Positions 54,850-64,000 of a DNA stretch of 64,000 bases are shown here, piece by piece. Below the pieces are notes generated by a model. The model was not told the DNA's origin. It worked only from the letters and a program-made list of their open reading frames with translations, and made no database searches. The DNA is from Octopus vulgaris. Taxonomy: Eukaryota. The position numbers and the translations under genes were made by a program. The stretch's first letter is position 1; every line of letters begins with the position of its first letter. Location of the stretch: assembly GCA_951406725.2 (NCBI GenBank), contig OX597828.1, positions 8,866,001 through 8,930,000 on the forward strand, written 5' to 3'.

Positions 54850-55460
54850 TGACGTTCGCTTAAGCAACAACTGTGTAACTGTTGGTACATGCAACTACCT
54901 CTACAACCGTTGGTGGAGATCGTAGTGAGGTATTTTCCTGTGGTGACGGTGGTGATGGTGTTAATGGTGGAAGATGGTGTTTGTGGCATATGTTAGGACG
55001 TTGGTGGCCCACCTCTGAAACACTATTGATTTTCAGCTGTGTGCGGTTGATCAATAGTCGATCGGAGATGGCCACCAGCGTCATATCATACGCCACCTAT
55101 TTCGGCGGTAGATCAATATAACATTCATACAACGATTTCCCGTGGGTTTCTCTCCGTGGCTAGAATTGGTGGTGCTGCCCCATCTGGCTAAGTGTCGGTA
55201 GTAGGTGTTCCTTCATTCTCATTTGGAGTGGTCGAACTGCGATACCGACTTGGTAGTTGTTGCATTTGGAGCGCCGAATCTGGTATACCACGTATGTACG
55301 TAGGAACATGTTAGTGTTTCGAATAGTCCAGTTCCGTAGCATGTGATGCTGTTGTTCTGCACATGACCACCTCGTTGACAGATGTTTACGTAGGAATTGT
55401 ACTGAATGTACTTGTGGGATATCAAGGCCTTCTCTGCGGATGGTCTTCATCAAAGTGAAG
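54850..55460 (-). mobile_element. Penelope-like GIY-YIG endonuclease relic (second lineage)
   Basis: LRTYVVYQIRRSKCNNYQVGIAVRPLQMRMKEHL fits the VY...C..C...YVG.T.R.L..R.KEH pattern. Confidence 0.7.
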
Positions 55461-56555
55461 AATCTTCAATATGTTAGTCTTAGCGAGATCCCCGTTGCCC
55501 GGTTTATTTATCAAGGTGTATTATCCCGGACCTCAAACATTTCAGCCGCATAATATCTATCGCAAAACCACTAGAGAATGGAAAACTGACTACCTGCCAA
55601 TTGAAATGCGAACTGTAGGGTTATCTTCACTCTAGACTAAAGTGAAAGACGCCACCATCTTACATGCGAGAGGAGCTGTCCTACACAATTCCATTGGTCA
55701 GCAATACCCGGACACTGAAAGAACGCAGGCGGAATAGTTCCGTCGCTCTGCGTGCGTCATAAACAGAACCGCCTGACAGCACATCCGGGCCTGCACAGTT
55801 CATCTAGAACCGGTAGCGCCCCGCGTTTACTTTGCCAGAAAAAAGGACTTCTGAGAATCATCTATAGAGTTTCCAACCTAAAAATATTCTGGAACTGGCT
55901 AGTCAGTTCGTTTTCGTGATGCCTAGTGACACCACGAGAATATTGTCACATTTCCCTGCAACTAAATTTCTATGTATTGCTACAATGGAATATCGTGGAT
56001 TTCTAACGCTCAGAATTGCAGCTCCGTTGAGGAGAATTACATACCTCAAGTCCACACATATTCACCATATAGAAACCGTTGCAGAAGCATAACTTTGGAG
56101 TATCAGCAGTTGCTGGCAGTAGTCAGGTCACCTGATAATTGGAATGCTTCTCTTCTACAGGGCAAGCGACAGACGTTCCACACTAATCAAGATGTACTGG
56201 GGAATATACGACAGTCAAGCAAGAAATAACAGAGGTGACTTAGGTATTCGGCCATACTATATGCCCTTTCAAGGATGGCTTCTTGTCTACAATTTCTACG
56301 TGAGAATGGGTACTTTGTTTCTCACCCCATTTCATTTCTGATCCATCTGGAGGTCGGGACCGAGCCAGGCACCAAGACGTTTACTGGTCTGTCACTCCAC
56401 AACCTAACAACGCCGTCTGATGGTATGCACCTGACTCTCCTGTTATCCTGAAATCCTACCGCCCTGATCAGTTATCAAGTGTCACCTTAGTCTGCTGGCT
56501 GTGAACAGCAGCCACTTACCAACATACCCAGCAAAATAAGTTCTGAGTTTTCATA

Positions 56556-56611
<56 letters not shown>

Positions 56612-56619
56612 GTAGTAAT

Positions 56620-56755
56620 AGGAATTGACATGAGAGTAGAGCAAGCCCAAGAAACTGCTCTGCTCTCATGCAAGATCTCTAACATCAGGCTGTTGTCCAC
56701 TTTCACAGAGTCTACCAGAACAAACTAGACAGAGCGAACTGAGAAATCAACAACG
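56620..56755 (+). mobile_element. R4/Dong-like extreme 3' fragment
   Basis: GIDMRVEQAQETALL (compare GIDKKIEHVQKSAL at ~16056), followed by (TAA)n. Confidence 0.5.
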
Positions 56756-56831
<76 letters not shown>

Positions 56832-56865
56832 TGATGATAATAATAATGACAACAAAAACAACAAC

Positions 56866-57500
<635 letters not shown>

Positions 57501-58339
57501 GTTCATGACGGCAAGAAATTCAGATCGATTTCGGAGAAAGTTAGATATAGTCTATAAGTATATACATCGAAATGTCTGGTCATTTCTAGTTTGTATATTT
57601 TTTATGACATCGTTGCAGCGAGGTGTGCGTAGAAACAGATCGGAATGTTAATAGCTTAGGTGAGCTAGTGTAACAACGAACATCAATCACAAGTAATCCA
57701 TTACCCACAGTTCAATAAGACTTGTCATCAAGCTGGCTATCATAAACAGGAAAATGAATACTCATCAACAATAACGACTACAACAGACAAAACAGTTTCA
57801 ACAAATATGAAACACCAACATAATGTTTGCTAGAGTGTTTACAGCAGAACGATACTGACACAACTTCACAAAACCAAAGCTCATGGCCGTGAATACATGC
57901 ACAGCACGCAGACACTCACATTTATACTGACACGTATTACGTATAATGGCAGCGAATTTTCTGAAAGGGCAATTTCAAAACTAACACACGAATCAACTGA
58001 GATGTGAACCATTCAAGCAAATTTACACTAGTTCACCGATAGAAAAATGGAAAATAGAAATGTTCAAATAACATGTCATCTATTCTTGTAAATAATCGAA
58101 ATATTCTGTGCTCATATTTTTATGAAAATAATATAGGTAATTGCAATATACAATAAGACGTATTTTGATGCACGTATACAGACACGCAGAGAAAATTCAC
58201 ACACATTTGTTTGATAAATAACATTTTCCGTAACATCGTTCCAGCCCACGAAAATTGGGTTGGCAGAAACTGTATAGAAGAGTGACGGATGGATTATACG
58301 TGTCATTCAAATGTAATAATTGTGCCAGGCCGAGTTCTT

Positions 58340-58398
58340 TATTATTATTTTTTTTTTTTTTATTATTATTTTTATTATTGTTATTGTTGTTGTTGTTG

Positions 58399-58468
<70 letters not shown>

Positions 58469-58470
58469 CA
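58340..58470. repeat. (TTA/TTG)n microsatellite
   Basis: Direct inspection. Confidence 0.93.
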
Positions 58471-61152
58471 TTTTCATTTTTTTTTTTTGAAAATTCTGAT
58501 TTTAACGTACAGATGCCGGTGGAACGTTCATTTAGGAGTTCGCAATGTATTTGATCGAAAAAAAATGAATCTTCATCTCCAAAACCGACCGAGAAACTTA
58601 CGCACAGAAACACACACACACACACACAAACACACAAACAGAAATCCACATACATATACATCATATATCTATGTATTACGCACAGGAATATATTCAGAAA
58701 AGAATTAATAGCACATTGATGGGGAATTTGAAAAAAACACATTGATGCGGAACCTGCATATGAAAATTATTGAAAAACAGCTTGCTAGTAATATTGCATA
58801 TTAGTTATATCATTGTTAGTTATATTACAAATATCATTATATGTCACAACTAATATTCTACAAAAAAAGGGATTCCCAAATTCTTAAATGAAGTTAATAT
58901 ACATTGAATAAGATAAGTAATTCTTACGCTCATAATTCATGGTATAATTTTCAATTGTTTATGGGAATTATTGAACGTTAATTAAAATTTTAAAAGAATG
59001 AACGGAATACCTATGTAGTTATATTTAATACAGTCGTAGAAACTGAACAGATTAAAGATGGAGATAGTATTTCAGAAATTAAAATCACGTTTTAGATATG
59101 AGTGGAAACATATACTTTCGATTGTTTCAATGAATATATAACGATATAAGTTCATTAACAGATCATCAATAAAGATAATATATAAAGGTTTTAATTACTA
59201 GTGTAATTGTGTATGAAAAAAATAACATATGAGAATTAGTTTACATTTTAAAAGGATATAGATATATATATATATGCCCTGTATTTAAAATATTTAAAAT
59301 ATTTGAGGTTGAGTAATGTCATATGTGTAACTTAAATTCTATAAAATAGCAAAATGTTCAATAAATTTGAAGATTTTAAGATATAGTAGGAAATAATGAA
59401 GTTCAGAACAAATTAATTTATATATGCAAAGGAGAATAATGAAGAATTACAACAAAAAAAAAGGTCTAAATATTCAACAAAATTTATGTGAACCTAATTT
59501 TCAAATATGAATATGTATATCTCATGGAATGCTTATGAAGTACTCTGTGCAAAAAATATTTAGGAACGTCGCACAATTTCGTTTAATAAATATCATTTGG
59601 AGTTTCATGAGATCATTACGAAGACTTCTTTTTTTTTTTGCAAGTTTATTATTGTTAAAGACGATGTATAAAAGAAGATTACAATAGCTTTCTGTGTTTG
59701 GTGTAAACGGAACTTTTGAACTTGTCCAAATTTTTATAGGAATTGTTTCAATAATTTTACTTGTCAATCACAATAATAGCACAAATTATAGTTTGAAAAT
59801 ATCCCTTGCGTCAGAAAATCATATTTGTTAACGGCCACAAGATTAGATATAATAATTCAAACTGACCGTCATTTAAAAAATAATGAAAGACATACAAGAA
59901 TTCAGCGAGAACTAAGAGCATGCTGAATCTGAAAAGCTACTTCAGAACAACAATGCTAATTCACACACACAAACACGCACACGCACGCACGCATGCACAC
60001 ATTCATACCCATCTATTTATGTAGCTGCATAAATATATTTTTGTATATTACGATACATAGATGGTAATAAGTATATTAGAGTTAGCACTGGTATGTGAAT
60101 GGCGCTAGACATGTATTATTGATGAAGGACCACGAAAGGTAAAGGCGATATGCGTGAAGGAGTGAGAGTATGAACAGGAAGGAATTTGAACAATAAAGAA
60201 AACGAGAGGGGAATGGAATGACAGAGAAAGGCAGAATAAGAGAGAAAGGACAATACTATGTGATGTGCAAGTTTGTGATTGCCCTCTTGTGTGCTTGTCT
60301 GTCAGTGTGCCTGAAGATGACTGACAGCGAAAGGAATATATGATGTATGGTGATCAGAACTGCAATATAAACACACACAAACACAAACAAACACACACAC
60401 GCGCATGTTTATAAGTGTATACGTGTATTTGTAGGTGTGTGTGTTATTGTTACTCGTATGTATAAAGTAAAATATGTGCAGGAACATTTATAATCCGCGC
60501 ATTGTTGTACGCACTAAATGGAAAGAAACGTGTACGTTGTACAACACTATTCATTTGTTATTAAATTGTTATCATTTCTTCTACATTATTCATAAATTTA
60601 TCAGCCTACATCAGATTTCGAAGTTTGTATATTTAAATGTAAACTATTTTAAGTGAAGAGCACTATCTAATTCTATTTTAAGTGACAGAATCTAATTCTA
60701 TTTCTCCTATATAATATGTCACGAGTGAAAATTTGTCATGTAAATTGTTAAATAAAGTAGGAAAATTAATCAGAAATATTTCCTAGATGAATCATCACCG
60801 TACGTCTTTAAAATATATTTAAATTTCAACATACATGTGATAAAACGAAGTGCATAAAATAAAAACAAAACAAGAAGAAAAGTTATTTCTGACATTGATT
60901 CAATATTCGGAAGATTTTTCATCACCAAAGACCTCACTGATAGAACTGATGATATATCATCAACGATTGTTCCAGCCATGATTCTTTGTTATTTTATATC
61001 AAGTTTTATGTTGTAATATAGGGATTTGTGTTTTTAAGAATTTATACTGCGAGATGAGATTTTATGCTATGATTAACAGGGTCATCTATAGCATAATAAT
61101 TCACGCTTCATACTTATAATACATACATACATACATACATATATACATACAT

Positions 61153-61202
<50 letters not shown>

Positions 61203-61204
<2 letters not shown>

Positions 61205-61599
61205 TATTTATTATAATTATGAGTATAATTATGATTAAGGTTAGGCAAAAAATTTGCTTCACCACACACCGACCTTTGGAAATGGCAGCCAAAGTACTTA
61301 GCTATTTCTTCTACTATAAGAAACAACTCCCAAACAATATATACTCAAAAACAATTCACGTAGGCAAAGAGGAAAAACAACGAAATTCACTCGGCATTTG
61401 ATTAACTGTGGACGCGTTTCGGAAGCAGATAGATATGAAAAATGCAAGGATTACATTTCCATTCTAATCATTTATCCTTAATTATAATTATACTCATAAT
61501 TATAATAAATATCGTTTGAATTTACCGATAATGGTATTTTTAACATACCGAATACTACTTGGTGGAATTATTAATTACTGATTAATTAATTAATTATAA

Positions 61600-61600
<1 letters not shown>
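61203..61600. mobile_element. Inverted-repeat element between (TA)n tracts, same family as 4371-4640
   Basis: ~37-bp IR at 61204-61240 vs 61475-61511. Shares caccacacaccga...gcagccaaa and cttggtggaattattaattact with the 4.4 kb copy. Confidence 0.72.
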
Positions 61601-61681
<81 letters not shown>

Positions 61682-61682
61682 T

Positions 61683-61714
<32 letters not shown>

Positions 61715-62233
61715 AATATATGAAATACAAATTTCACGAGAAAAAACATATTACAAGATTATTTGCAGTCGAATTATAATCATAATAGAAGAAAAAGGCT
61801 GATCTTGGTGATTGTAGCATTTCAGACTCGCATATAACATAGTAAATGTGATCTCAACTTATAAATATACTTGTAATAGACATTTACGAAATCATAATAG
61901 CCCTCAGTATATCAATCTAAAAATACGACACAATATTCCAAGTAGCAACAATTGTTTACTATGAATATTCAAACAGTCTTCGCCTTTAGCTACGTCTCTA
62001 CTGCTCTGCTACACACACACACACATACACACACGCGCGCACACACACGCACACACACACACACACACACATAACACACACACACACATTTATATATATA
62101 TATATATGTATATGCATATGTATGTATATATATATATATATATTAATATTTATATATATTTATATAAATATATAAATATATATAGATATGCATATATATA
62201 TATAAGCATTCGTATGTGCATACACACACACAC

Positions 62234-62274
<41 letters not shown>

Positions 62275-64000
62275 GCACATATATATATATACATATATGA
62301 ATATAGAGAGAGAAATGAGTGATATATATGTTTGTATGTTAATATATAAAGGTTCATATGCATGTATACATACATACGCACGTACAAACACATATATCTG
62401 TAATATGTTAAATATATATTTAGTCGCGTAGAGAGAATATAAACTGTGAATAAATCACAGGATCTGCGACAGATGAAAGTGCGGAATCTGACAACTAATT
62501 TTATCTTTCTTCAGACTCATTCAGAGTCGCTTGCTTTCCATCTCAATTTTCACAGCAGCAAACAATGTATCTTGTTTATGAAAAGCGTAAACCATCAGAG
62601 ATGTAAAATTATCTATATGTTCGATGGCCAGGATTTATTAAGAAATATACCAAGAGTGATGAGAATAAATGCGTATAGAGAAAAAAATATATACAATGTT
62701 GTTAACTGTCATATATTAATGTTGTTATGAAAGTATATTTTCTTTTTTTAACCGGAAATTATTTGATTTCAATATACGCATTTCTTTATAAAGACGTTAT
62801 TTTTCTGAATTTGCTCGCCAATCCCAGCCATGAAACTTATTAGCACAGACGCTGGCATGCACACATCTAAATGTGTATAAATGTGCGTTTGTACATGGGC
62901 ATATGTCTATGCCTCTATCTATATAACTATATCTGTCTATATCCAAGTATTTTTTCATATATTTAAATCTATACATAAGTTTATATCTATCCATCTATCT
63001 ATCTGTCCACCTATCTTTCTATATGTATGTGTGTATATATACATATGTAGATGCGCACACAGAAACATATACATATCTTCTTATCACCATTTAACATAAA
63101 TATTGATACCTTACAGAATGTATTAAATGACATAAACATATTCATTTATCTTCCCAAATTATTTTCGCGGTTTTCTCAGTATGAGATAAATCTACAGACA
63201 GACAGACGAACAATATGAATTATCTAAACCCAACCTCAAAGAATACGTTAGCCAATTGACAGCAGTAAATATTCGAACACGTTGCCGGTTTGAAACAGAT
63301 TTTAAGAATATCATTGCTGGTGTGTAGCAGAGCAAAACCTAACGATGATATAAATGTAAAGGAAAACGGCGATACGAAACTGACATGGAATAAACAAGAT
63401 ATTTGATAAATGTCTCGGGGAATGTGTATATTGAATGTTCTTTAGTTCGTTTTAAGGTCGCAAGGGAACACAGTCTTCATACTTGGATGTTCTAGTTCTT
63501 TTGTGTTGTTCCAGTTTATATCCAGTGTCTGATATATTTAGTTGGGTTATACATTGCATGACAACCTTAGACTGTGTGTTAACGTGTTGGAGATGGTTGC
63601 TGCGATTTGCTAATGTGAGAGTTTATGTATGTATGTATGTATGTATGTGGCTGTATGTATAAGTATGTATGTATACATTGAAACAAGCAATAGAAAGATA
63701 GTGGACAGATATATAGATATATTTGTAGAGAGAAAGACAGGCATTTAGATAGATAGATAGAACCAAAATATTCATGCATACTGACGCGCGCACTCGCGGC
63801 TTCTTTCACACATGAATGAAAACTGAAAATTCTCGTTACTTCGTATACTTATTTATCACTATTGTCACCCGTTAATGTTTCACGGAATTATTAGCAAACC
63901 TATTGGGTTATTCATGACAACTTTACCTAAACACCCTGGAAGTGTAGCTCGTGTTGTGTCTATATCAAAAGATGGTCGCTTATCTTTCATCCACTGAACA

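Noticed and set aside
54843-54875. GCGAACGUCAAGC (minus strand) at the Penelope relic 3' end
   Set aside because: GAAA is incomplete and there is no CUGANGA upstream
60770-60979. 69-aa non-repetitive ORF with a hydrophobic stretch
   Set aside because: No recognisable domain or splice context; expected by chance in AT-rich DNA

Overview
AT-rich, microsatellite-saturated eukaryotic DNA. The tRNA-derived SINE families and LINE content look like an octopus (coleoid cephalopod) genome; this is inferred from repeat recognition, not a database search. I see no intact host gene or convincing exon. Nearly all listed ORFs are microsatellite read-throughs or decayed transposon frames, so the window is probably intronic or intergenic. 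It contains about 10 R4/Dong-like (RT + REL endonuclease) LINE pieces, most next to (TAA)n tracts and one near full length. It also contains a 5'-inverted RTE LINE in (TA)n plus SINEs sharing its 3' tail, an L1/Tx1-like 3' end, Tc1 and mariner relics, Helitron/Helentron-type non-autonomous elements, two Penelope-like GIY-YIG relics and four SINE families. The most notable signal is at least seven minimal type I hammerhead-ribozyme motifs (CUGANGA...GAAA core, palindromic stem III). They fall in four short non-coding repeat families that occur as direct, inverted or tandem arrangements, which suggests a Penelope-associated, retrozyme-like system. One family has a non-canonical core (U at position 6).
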